NCBI GenBank assembly: GCA_015069385.1 | Contig: SVIS01000002.1 | Coordinates: forward strand, 33,480-97,479 | Direction: 5' to 3' | Source: Clostridiales bacterium | GTDB lineage: Bacteria; Bacillota; Clostridia; Christensenellales; UBA1242 | Length of the DNA stretch: 64,000 nt | Shown here: in pieces, positions 55,840 through 64,000 of the stretch | How the letters are laid out: each line of letters opens with the position of its first letter | Position numbering within the stretch: the first letter of the stretch is position 1 | Notes under the pieces: model-generated | Told to the model about the DNA's origin: nothing | Database searches by the model: none | What the model saw: the letters and a program-made list of their open reading frames with translations, nothing else | Made by a program: the position numbers and the translations under genes

Positions 55840-57822
55840 ATGAAATTAAAAAACAAAAAAATTTTATCATTACTTTTGTTGGTGTGTTTAGCATGTTCAA
55901 TATTTGTTAGTGGTTTTTCTTCGCATCCTCCTATACAAGCAAATGTATTAGCAGAAGTTACTAGCGCTGAATTATACATAACAACCTATAACGAACTTAA
56001 AACTTTTGCAACAAAAGTAAATTCTGGCACCACATATAGTGGCAAAACTGTTGCTTTAGCCGCCAATATTACTATTGAGTCCTCATTTAATGGTATAGGT
56101 ACTTTTAATGGCATTGGCTCAACCTCTAATAAGTACTTTAAAGGTACATTTGATGGTGATGGTTATACTATTAATAACTTAAATTGCCCTCTATTTAATT
56201 GTATTGATGGTGCAACCATTCAAAACATTTATATAGAATCTGGTAGTGTATCTAAAAATGTTGTTGCACTTGGTGCAATAGTTAGTTATTCAAAGAACTC
56301 TACCGTTTGGCGTTGTAAAAATACGGCTAGTGTTACAAATGAACGTACTAGTGGAACTATTTATACTGGTGGTGTTGTTGGTTTTTCTAATGGTGGGTCT
56401 ATAAAAGAATGCTCTAACGAGGCTAATGTTAAAAACACCCAAAATTCGGTTGAGAAGTCTTATGTGGGTGGTATTGTTGGATATGCTGAGGGGGCAACAA
56501 TTAACAATTGTTATGTATATAACTCTAACATTACTGCTTTAGCAGAAAAAGAAACTACTAGCCCAACAAACATATTGTCTGGTGATAAAAAAACTTCATT
56601 AACAGTTATTGGCTCTTGGTTTGATAATGCATTAGAAGCATATAAAAAAGAAAGAGACAAACTTTATTCAGAAAACGAAGAAAAAAACAAATTAATTAGT
56701 AAATTTTTCGATTATGCTGATAAAGCCCAAACTTATAAAAAATATGGTTGTTATGTGCCAAAGTGGAGTTATTTGTTTACCACCCCAGCAGTTAAAGTAC
56801 CATATTACAATTTTAAAAAATGGAAATGGGAATATAAAACAGTTGTCCCAGCAACTCCTGTATATGGATGGAAACTTGTTTGGGATTCAACTGCTGTTGA
56901 CTGGGTTACAACCGAAATTGAAAGAGGAAAATATACCCTTAAAGCCGCCGGTGCTTTTTTAGACATGGGATTTAAAGGCGATTGGAAAACTGCATTTAAG
57001 GCTGGATGGCAAAGCATAAAACAGGGTTTGGCTACAAAATTAACAGAGGGGCTTAACCTTGTATATGAAACATTTAAGAGTAAAGATGCTAATAACCATT
57101 ATTCATTTGTAAATTCAATGAAAAAATCATCTGTTGTTAATCCTGCATATGCATTTGGAATTGGATATTCAACCAAAAATGTAACTAGTTGTTACACAGC
57201 CGATGTTAATTTATCCGGCGGTAAATATGAGTACACTTATGATTATAGTATTTGTTTTACAAACGAAGTAAAATTTGTTGTTGATGTTGCCACAGTGGCA
57301 AAAGCCCAAACAAAAAATATAGCAATTAAGATTAAACAATCATCTGATTTAACAGGATTATTAAGTAGTGGTTCAAAAACTTGTTATTACTTTGATTCTG
57401 AAATTGAAAATGCTTCATTAATTGTAACAGCAACCGATATGGCTGACGCTGGAAACTTGTTAGGAAAAACAAGTGAAACAAATTTAGAAAAATCATATAA
57501 AATGAACGGAAATGTTTTGGGTGGATTAATTCCTTCAAAAGCTAGTTGGTTTGATAACCAAAAAGTTAGAATTAAAGTAAGCAAAAAAGGTGAAGTAAGT
57601 GTTTGGGGTGCTAAAAATGGTGATGGCACAATGTGTAAAGTTTCGCAACCAAATTTAACTACAGCTTTAGACTCTAACATTCAAGATTACAATAATGCAA
57701 CAAAGTCTAATAAATCAAATAAATTGCCATCTGGTTTAAGTTCTAGCATATGGGCAATTGATGATGCCATTAATAATGGTTACCCTCACTTAAAATACAG
57801 ATATTGGCAAGATGCTGTTTAG
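55840..57822 (+). CDS. secreted GLUG-motif repeat protein
   Basis: Signal peptide MKLKNKKILSLLLLVCLACSIFVSG. GLUG-type repeats GGVVGFSNGGSIKECSN and VGGIVGYAEGATINNCY. GGAGG RBS. Confidence 0.7.
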   Translation: MKLKNKKILSLLLLVCLACSIFVSGFSSHPPIQANVLAEVTSAELYITTYNELKTFATKVNSGTTYSGKTVALAANITIESSFNGIGTFNGIGSTSNKYFKGTFDGDGYTINNLNCPLFNCIDGATIQNIYIESGSVSKNVVALGAIVSYSKNSTVWRCKNTASVTNERTSGTIYTGGVVGFSNGGSIKECSNEANVKNTQNSVEKSYVGGIVGYAEGATINNCYVYNSNITALAEKETTSPTNILSGDKKTSLTVIGSWFDNALEAYKKERDKLYSENEEKNKLISKFFDYADKAQTYKKYGCYVPKWSYLFTTPAVKVPYYNFKKWKWEYKTVVPATPVYGWKLVWDSTAVDWVTTEIERGKYTLKAAGAFLDMGFKGDWKTAFKAGWQSIKQGLATKLTEGLNLVYETFKSKDANNHYSFVNSMKKSSVVNPAYAFGIGYSTKNVTSCYTADVNLSGGKYEYTYDYSICFTNEVKFVVDVATVAKAQTKNIAIKIKQSSDLTGLLSSGSKTCYYFDSEIENASLIVTATDMADAGNLLGKTSETNLEKSYKMNGNVLGGLIPSKASWFDNQKVRIKVSKKGEVSVWGAKNGDGTMCKVSQPNLTTALDSNIQDYNNATKSNKSNKLPSGLSSSIWAIDDAINNGYPHLKYRYWQDAV

Positions 57823-57845
57823 TTTATTAAATTTACTTTATGAAT

Positions 57846-57881
57846 AAAAAAACAGTGCAATAATTTTGCACTGTTTTTTCT
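57846..57881. terminator. bidirectional rho-independent terminator
   Basis: AACAGTGCAA / TTGCACTGTT stem flanked by A6 and T6. Confidence 0.8.
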
Positions 57882-58485
57882 ATTTAGTAGAATCTGGTAT
57901 TTCATTTGAAAAATCACTTACTTCTTTTTTTGCAACAATTTCGCTATAAAGCCTAACAATGCTATTTGCAGTTGCATCACTCAATCTTTCATGCGCCACA
58001 AGAACATTTCGCAAATCACGCAAGTTTCTTATAACTTTTATGTGACTACGCCCAAAAAATACATTTCTAGCATAGTTAGCATTATAATCTTTTATATATT
58101 TATGAATTGCTTTTGCCTGTAATTTTTTTATGGTAACTACTGATGGAATAACTTTTGGATTTTGACTAGCAAAATTTGGAAACTCATTATAAACATCTCC
58201 ATTTGAATACGAAATACCGCCATCAACTACCCAAACCTTATTTTTTTGCCAAAGAGCCATTAATCTGCGAAGTTTTAAAATGCTATAACTAACTTCTTGT
58301 CTTGACTTACCCACTTTTTGATTCATGCTTTTTACTTGATTAAATAAATCTTTATAGTTTAAAGTAAATAATTTTTGTAATTCTTCACAAGAAGAAAACA
58401 TCATTTTTTTAAAACCAAGTTGCTCTATTGTTTTTCCATAGTTATACCAAATTATATCCATTTCTTCATTTAATACACTTCTCAT
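57880..58485 (-). CDS. HEPN-domain protein (Abi/Swt1-like R-x4-6-H motif)
   Basis: 201 aa. The C-terminal LRDLRNVLVAHERL contains RNxxxxH in a helical context, as in HEPN ribonuclease families. Confidence 0.5.
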   Translation of the reverse strand: MRSVLNEEMDIIWYNYGKTIEQLGFKKMMFSSCEELQKLFTLNYKDLFNQVKSMNQKVGKSRQEVSYSILKLRRLMALWQKNKVWVVDGGISYSNGDVYNEFPNFASQNPKVIPSVVTIKKLQAKAIHKYIKDYNANYARNVFFGRSHIKVIRNLRDLRNVLVAHERLSDATANSIVRLYSEIVAKKEVSDFSNEIPDSTK

Positions 58486-58548
58486 ATATACCTCTTTTTA
58501 TATGAAGAAATTTTAAAACAGAAATGCTTAATTGTCAATAGTAAATTT

Positions 58549-59325
58549 TTAAAACAATTTATTTGTTACATTTAATACTAATTTTTGACTAGTAAAACGT
58601 GTAACAAAATACAAAAAATTATACTTTTTGCTTATTATATACATTGGTTTGACTCTTTTTTTAATACAGATTTTATATATTTTTTTACAAGCCTTTTCTT
58701 TATTCATTCGTAAATGCTCACGAGTTGAAATTTTATTACAAGATAATTCAATTGCATTGCCATATTTTTCATTAGTTGTAATTGTAATATTTCTATTCTT
58801 GCTAAAATTAGTTTTAATATCACCAGGACAAATTGCTGTAACTTGAATGCCATATTTTTTAAGTTCCATACTTAGACCATAAGAAAGCATATTTACTGCC
58901 GCTTTGCTTGCTGAATACATTGCTCTAAAAGGCAAAGAATAAAGAGCGCAAGCTGAAGATATATTAATTATTCTTGCACCTTTTTTCATATATTTTAAAG
59001 CGGCTTGACAGCACCAAAGCGTGCCAAAATAATTCACATCAAAAATTTGCCTAGATTGCTCTTCATTAACAAGTTCTATAGCGCCAAAAACTCCAAAGCC
59101 AGCACAATTAATTAAAACATCTATTGTTTTATATTTTTCCGCTATATTTGCGAATACATTAAAAACATGTTCTCTATCAGACACATCTACTTTTAAATTA
59201 CAATCATTTTCTACCTCTACTGAGCGAGAAAGATTAATTACAATATTATCATCCTTTTCATATAATTTTTTTAATTGTTCACCTATTCCGCTAGATGCAC
59301 CAGTTATTACTACTACTTTTTTCAT
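58549..59325 (-). CDS. short-chain dehydrogenase/reductase (SDR) family oxidoreductase
   Basis: TGASSGIG cofactor motif, NCAG, and catalytic YSASK. Confidence 0.9.
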   Translation of the reverse strand: MKKVVVITGASSGIGEQLKKLYEKDDNIVINLSRSVEVENDCNLKVDVSDREHVFNVFANIAEKYKTIDVLINCAGFGVFGAIELVNEEQSRQIFDVNYFGTLWCCQAALKYMKKGARIINISSACALYSLPFRAMYSASKAAVNMLSYGLSMELKKYGIQVTAICPGDIKTNFSKNRNITITTNEKYGNAIELSCNKISTREHLRMNKEKACKKIYKICIKKRVKPMYIISKKYNFLYFVTRFTSQKLVLNVTNKLF

Positions 59326-59446
59326 ATTATTTTCCTTTTATGTTTAAAAATAATATATCATTTTATTCTGAAAAATAAAAACAATTATTTCAAAAAATTT
59401 GTGAAATAAACAAAATAGGACTATACTAAAATAAGGAGTAAAATTT

Positions 59447-62400
59447 ATGACAAAAATTACAGTTGATGGTAACACCGCCGCAGCCAGAATTGCTTATGCA
59501 TTATCTGAGGTTGCCGCTATTTATCCTATTACCCCCTCTTCTACAATGGCTGAACTTTGTAGTACATGGGCAGATGAAGATAAAAAAAATATTTTTAACA
59601 ATAAAATGATTATTAAAGAAATGCAATCAGAAGCAGGCGCAGCCGGTGCTGTTCATGGTAGTTTAACTTGCGGTGCTCTTACCACAACTTTTACAGCCAG
59701 TCAAGGATTATTGCTTATGATTCCTAACATGTATAAAATTGCTGGCGAATTATTACCTTGCGTTTTTCATATATCTGCAAGAGCAATTGCCACTCATGCA
59801 CTATCTATTTTTGGTGAACATAGCGATGTAATGGCTTGCAGGGCTACCGGTTTTGCTATGCTTTGTTCTTCTTCAGTTCAAGAATGTCAAGATATGGCTC
59901 TTGCAAGCCACATTGCAACCTTAGAAAGCGAAGTTCCTTTTATTCATTTTTTTGATGGTTTTAGAACAAGTCACGAAATACAAAAGATTGATGCCATTGA
60001 TGAAGAGGAAATAAAAGCAATTTACCCATACGACAAAATGGCTCAATTTAAAAAACGTGCACTTGACCCACTACATCCTAGGCAACAAGGAACAGCACAA
60101 AATCCTGATATATTCTTTCAAAACAAAGAAGCTTGTAATAAAAAATACTTTGAGGTTTATGACAAAGTAGTAAACACATTTGATAAAATTGAAAAAATTA
60201 CCGGCAGAAAATATGAACCTTTTGAATACTATGGTTCAACCGAAGCCGAACATGTAATAGTAATTATGGGAAGCGGCGGCGAAACAGCCATACAAACCGT
60301 TTTAAAACTAAATGAACAAGGCGAAAAACTTGGTGTTTTAAGAGTTAGATTATATAGACCATTTAACTATCAGGCTTTTGCAAATAAACTTCCTAATAGC
60401 GTTAAAAAAATTGCAGTACTTGATCGTACCAAAGAAAGTGGTGCTCCCGCAGAACCTTTATGCGAAGATGTTGTTTTTGCTTTACAAAAAAACAACAAAC
60501 GAATAAAAGTTGTTGGTGGAAGATATGGTTTAGGAAGCAAAGAATTTAAACCAGAACATATTGTTGCAGCTTTTGAAAATCTAAAAACAAAAACTCCAAA
60601 AGATAATTTTACCGTTGGCATTATAGATGACATTACTAACCTATCTTTACCAAAAAACAATTATAAATTAAATTTAAACGAAAAAGAATTTAAATTTTTT
60701 GGGCTTGGCTCAGATGGAACAGTTAGCGCAAATAAAAATACAATAAAAATAATTGGTGAAAACACAAACAATTATGTACAAGGGTATTTTGAATATGATA
60801 GTAAAAAATCTGGCAGTCTTACAACTAGTCATTTAAGAGTAAGCAACAAGCCAATTTTAAGCCCTTATGCTTTAGAAAATGCTGATGTTATTGCTATTCA
60901 TAACTTTAGTTTTGTAGGAAGATATGATTTAACTGAAAATTTAAAACAAGGTGGCATTGTTATTTTAAACACCGCTTTAAATGAAAACGAAATTTGCTCT
61001 TTTCTTCCCGAAAAATTTTTAAATGATTTAAAAAATTCAAACGCAAAGTTATATTTAATTGATGCTCAAAATCTTGCTATAAAAGCCGGTCTTGGAAATA
61101 AAATAAATATTATAATGCAAACTGCTTTCTTTAAATTAGCAAATATTATTGATTATAAAATTGCAAAAGAAAAGATGCAAGAAGCCGTTCAAAAAACTTA
61201 TGGCAAAAAGGGTGAAGAAGTTGTAAATAAAAATATTAAAGCAATTGAATTAGCAGAAAAAGCAATAACCGAATGTAATTATAGTAAATTTTCTACTAAC
61301 AAAAAACCACTTACAAAATCTACAGAAGATGAATATTATAATAATTTTATTAAACCAATTGAAAATTTACGTGGCAACGATTTACCAGTATCTTCTTTTG
61401 ATGCAAGCGGTTATGTTCCAACAGATACATCAAAATTTTTAAAAAGAGGAATTGCTAACTATTTGCCTTGTTGGAATAAAGATAATTGTATTCAATGTGG
61501 CATGTGTGTTATAGCTTGTCCTCACAGTGTAATAAAAAGTAAATTGATTGATAAAAAAGACTTATCAAAAGCCCCCACAGATTTTGAATGTGCAAATGCT
61601 TTTGGTGTTGAAGATAAAAAATTTAAACTACAAATAACTCCACTAGACTGCACAGGCTGTGGTGTTTGTGCAAAGGTTTGTCCTGCAAGACAAAAAGCAC
61701 TAATTATGAAGCCTGCAAACCAGGTATTAAACCAAGAGCGTAAAAATTATGAATATTTTAAAGCTTTACCTTATATAAAACCTCCATTTTCAACTTCTTT
61801 ACCAAAAGGTCTTCAATTTGAAAAATCATATTTTGAGTTTAGTGGTGCATGTGCTGGTTGTGGCGAAACACCATATATTAAAATTGCAAGTACACTTTTT
61901 GGCAAACATATGATTATTGCTAATGCAACTGGTTGTTCATCTATTTATGGTGGAAATTCACCAGTTTGCCCATATTCTAAAGACATTAATGGCAATGGTC
62001 CCGCCTGGGCTAACTCTTTATTTGAAGACAATGCTGAATTTGGTCTTGGCATGAGTTTAGCTGTTGAAAATAATAAAGAAATATTAAAAGGCGTTATAAA
62101 TAATTATAAAGATTATTGCATAAATATTCAAATCGATAAATATTTAGAAAAATATATAAACAATAATTTTGAACTAGGAAACAAAGAAGCAATTGAGTTT
62201 ATAGAACTTTTGGAGAAAGAAAGAGCAAATTTAACCAAAACAGATAAAAATGAAAATAATCAAGAAATGCATAAATATTCAGAATTTATTGAAAAATTAT
62301 TATTTTATAAAGATTATTTTACTAAAAAAAGCATTTGGATTATTGGTGGCGATGGTTGGGCTTATGATATTGGTTATGGTGGTTTAGACCACTTACTGGC

Positions 62401-62968
62401 GTCAAATCATAATGTAAACATTTTAGTTCTTGATAGCGAGGTTTATTCTAATACCGGCGGACAAGCCTCAAAAAGCACACAAAAAGGCGCCACTGCAAAA
62501 TTTGCCTCAAGCGGAAAACAAAGTAAGAAAAAAGACCTTGCACAAATGGCAATGGCGTACAAAACAGCATATGTTGCACAAATTAGTTTAGGCGCAGATA
62601 TGATACAAACTATAAAAGCATTTAAAGAGGCTGAAGCATATAATGGTGTTAGTTTAATAATAGCATATGCACCCTGTGTTAACCATGGTATTGATATGTC
62701 AAATTCTAACTTTGAAATGAAAAAGGCAGTAGAATGTGGTTATTGGAATTTATTTAGATATAATCCAAGCAAACAAAAACCTTTAGAAATTGACTCAACT
62801 ACTCCAAAAGGCAACTATAAAGAATTTCTATTAGGAGAATCACGCTATAAAGCATTATATAAAACAAACCCAGAGCAAGCAGAAATATTATTTGCTGAAA
62901 GTGAAAAAGATGCAATTGAGCGTAGGCAAACTTTGCTTAATATCTTAAAACTTCAAGATGAAACATAA
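59447..62968 (+). CDS. nifJ: pyruvate:ferredoxin (flavodoxin) oxidoreductase
   Basis: 1173 aa. Single-chain PFOR layout with two 4Fe-4S ferredoxin motifs (CIQCGMCVIACP, CTGCGVCAKVCP) and the TPP-binding GGDGWAYDIGYGG. Confidence 0.95.
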   Translation: MTKITVDGNTAAARIAYALSEVAAIYPITPSSTMAELCSTWADEDKKNIFNNKMIIKEMQSEAGAAGAVHGSLTCGALTTTFTASQGLLLMIPNMYKIAGELLPCVFHISARAIATHALSIFGEHSDVMACRATGFAMLCSSSVQECQDMALASHIATLESEVPFIHFFDGFRTSHEIQKIDAIDEEEIKAIYPYDKMAQFKKRALDPLHPRQQGTAQNPDIFFQNKEACNKKYFEVYDKVVNTFDKIEKITGRKYEPFEYYGSTEAEHVIVIMGSGGETAIQTVLKLNEQGEKLGVLRVRLYRPFNYQAFANKLPNSVKKIAVLDRTKESGAPAEPLCEDVVFALQKNNKRIKVVGGRYGLGSKEFKPEHIVAAFENLKTKTPKDNFTVGIIDDITNLSLPKNNYKLNLNEKEFKFFGLGSDGTVSANKNTIKIIGENTNNYVQGYFEYDSKKSGSLTTSHLRVSNKPILSPYALENADVIAIHNFSFVGRYDLTENLKQGGIVILNTALNENEICSFLPEKFLNDLKNSNAKLYLIDAQNLAIKAGLGNKINIIMQTAFFKLANIIDYKIAKEKMQEAVQKTYGKKGEEVVNKNIKAIELAEKAITECNYSKFSTNKKPLTKSTEDEYYNNFIKPIENLRGNDLPVSSFDASGYVPTDTSKFLKRGIANYLPCWNKDNCIQCGMCVIACPHSVIKSKLIDKKDLSKAPTDFECANAFGVEDKKFKLQITPLDCTGCGVCAKVCPARQKALIMKPANQVLNQERKNYEYFKALPYIKPPFSTSLPKGLQFEKSYFEFSGACAGCGETPYIKIASTLFGKHMIIANATGCSSIYGGNSPVCPYSKDINGNGPAWANSLFEDNAEFGLGMSLAVENNKEILKGVINNYKDYCINIQIDKYLEKYINNNFELGNKEAIEFIELLEKERANLTKTDKNENNQEMHKYSEFIEKLLFYKDYFTKKSIWIIGGDGWAYDIGYGGLDHLLASNHNVNILVLDSEVYSNTGGQASKSTQKGATAKFASSGKQSKKKDLAQMAMAYKTAYVAQISLGADMIQTIKAFKEAEAYNGVSLIIAYAPCVNHGIDMSNSNFEMKKAVECGYWNLFRYNPSKQKPLEIDSTTPKGNYKEFLLGESRYKALYKTNPEQAEILFAESEKDAIERRQTLLNILKLQDET

Positions 62969-62973
62969 ATATA

Positions 62974-63000
62974 AAACACACCATAACGGTGTGTTTTTAT
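62974..63000. terminator. rho-independent terminator
   Basis: ACACACC-ATAAC-GGTGTGT followed by TTTTT. Confidence 0.75.
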
Positions 63001-63017
63001 ATGTATGTTTATTCATA

Positions 63018-63851
63018 TTATTCCTCTGTAAAAAAGTTAAAACTTTTCATAATTGCTTCTAAACTATCTTTTGGATTAACAGCTTCTTTTAAATCAAATC
63101 CACTTTCATTTTGAGGTGGCATAATAGCAACTTTAGATGTTAATTTATTTGCATAAACAGAATCAGTTGGTGCATCTTCTGTTAAAAATTTATCTAAAAG
63201 AGAGTTATATTTTTCACCATCTTCTAACCTAGCATTATAAATTGGTTTAATCATTGTTGATTTTTCCTCCAATTTATTTAATTCTGTTTGCTTAGTAAGC
63301 ATATCTGTGGATAGTTGTTTTCTTGCATGAGTTTTAGTTTTTACCTCTTTTTTTTCTGCTACTTGTTTATCTAAATATGTATTCATTTTTCCAAGTAAAG
63401 CACGCATTGGATCACTTTCTTTCATAACAGAAACATTTGAGTTTGTAAATTTAAAATCTTCTTTTAAACTTGCTTTAATTGCTGCTTTAAAATCTAATAA
63501 TAGTTTTTTAACATTATCTATTTCATCTAGGTTTGGATATTTTTGAACAAGTTCGTTTAATACCTTTTCCCATCTAGCATATAAAATTTGCAACTCTTCT
63601 ATTTTTAAGTTATATACATTTTTGCTACTATTTTCTATTTGTTTTGCCTTTTCTACAGCAGCGGTAAGCGCAATTGAAATATTTTGTGATTTTTCATTTA
63701 TATCTTTTTCTTTTTCTTGGTATGTGTTTATTGCACTATTTAATTGTTCAATTTTAGCATTTTTTTGTAATATTTGCTCTTCTAACTCAGATATATATGC
63801 ATCAACTTCGTTTTTGTTATATCCATTACGCATGGTTTGAAATTCTTTCAT
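63018..63851 (-). CDS. divIVA: DivIVA-domain protein
   Basis: The N-terminal F..MRNGYNKNEVDAYISELEE matches the DivIVA lipid-binding domain. Long coiled coil follows. Confidence 0.75.
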   Translation of the reverse strand: MKEFQTMRNGYNKNEVDAYISELEEQILQKNAKIEQLNSAINTYQEKEKDINEKSQNISIALTAAVEKAKQIENSSKNVYNLKIEELQILYARWEKVLNELVQKYPNLDEIDNVKKLLLDFKAAIKASLKEDFKFTNSNVSVMKESDPMRALLGKMNTYLDKQVAEKKEVKTKTHARKQLSTDMLTKQTELNKLEEKSTMIKPIYNARLEDGEKYNSLLDKFLTEDAPTDSVYANKLTSKVAIMPPQNESGFDLKEAVNPKDSLEAIMKSFNFFTEE

Positions 63852-64000
63852 TTAACTCTCCTCAAATTTTTCTTTAATCTAAATATTGAATTAACTATAA
63901 CAAATGTTAAATAAATTCCATTTATTGCAATTAATTGCCAAATATTTAGTTTATTCATTTTATATACTATAAGTAGTATAACTTCCGCCGTTAAAATTGC
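63848..64000 (-). CDS. small membrane protein, C-terminal part (start beyond window end); possibly YggT-like
   Basis: My translation gives ...AILTAEVILLIVYKMNKLNIWQLIAINGIYLTFVIVNSIFRLKKNLRRVK. Its TGA stop overlaps the divIVA ATG (ATGA). The family guess rests only on the usual division-cluster synteny. Confidence 0.35.
   Translation of the reverse strand, partial: AILTAEVILLIVYKMNKLNIWQLIAINGIYLTFVIVNSIFRLKKNLRRVK

Noticed and set aside
1-64000. CRISPR arrays, rRNA operons, IS elements/transposases
   Set aside because: No regularly spaced direct repeats, no rRNA-like conserved blocks and no transposase-like ORFs were seen on visual inspection of the intergenic regions and the ORF translations.

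Overview
This is a low-GC (roughly 28-30% by eye) Bacillota/Mollicutes-like chromosomal segment that uses the standard code (TGA is a stop). Most genes lie on the minus strand. About two thirds is conserved housekeeping sequence: ruvX, gltX, RNase P RNA, serS, idi-hslUV-trmFO-topA-dprA-comM, tdk-uvrC-rmuC-cca, rpsU, the pdp-deoB-deoD nucleoside salvage genes, PFOR and divIVA. Accessory patches interrupt it. The main one is a 12-kb region bounded by tRNA-Lys(CUU) at 34.8 kb and tRNA-Arg(UCU)/tRNA-Gly(UCC) at 46.9 kb. It carries two items of interest. (1) A complete diversity-generating retroelement (avd - TR - RT - target). Its 122-bp template and variable repeats differ at 11 positions, and all 11 are template adenines. 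Unusually, the variable region lies near the N-terminus (residues 78-118) of a 944-aa protein with no signal peptide. (2) A tightly overlapping five-gene operon: fold-III PLP enzyme, radical SAM, NadE-like, NMNAT-PRTase fusion and transglutaminase-like protein. I know of no described pathway that fits it. A divergent single-HKD PLD nuclease sits next to it. A second accessory patch (9.8-18 kb) holds BspA-type LRR surface proteins. One of these has a G9 tract inside its promoter spacer, which makes it a phase-variation candidate. The same patch has an orphan radical SAM gene, an XRE regulator with palindromic operators, and clustered GTGGACA repeats. Elsewhere there is a zeta-toxin-like TA pair, a HEPN (RNxxxxH) protein and a GLUG-repeat secreted protein. 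I saw no CRISPR array, integrase, transposase or rRNA. All calls come from reading the sequence and translations by eye; no database search was run.
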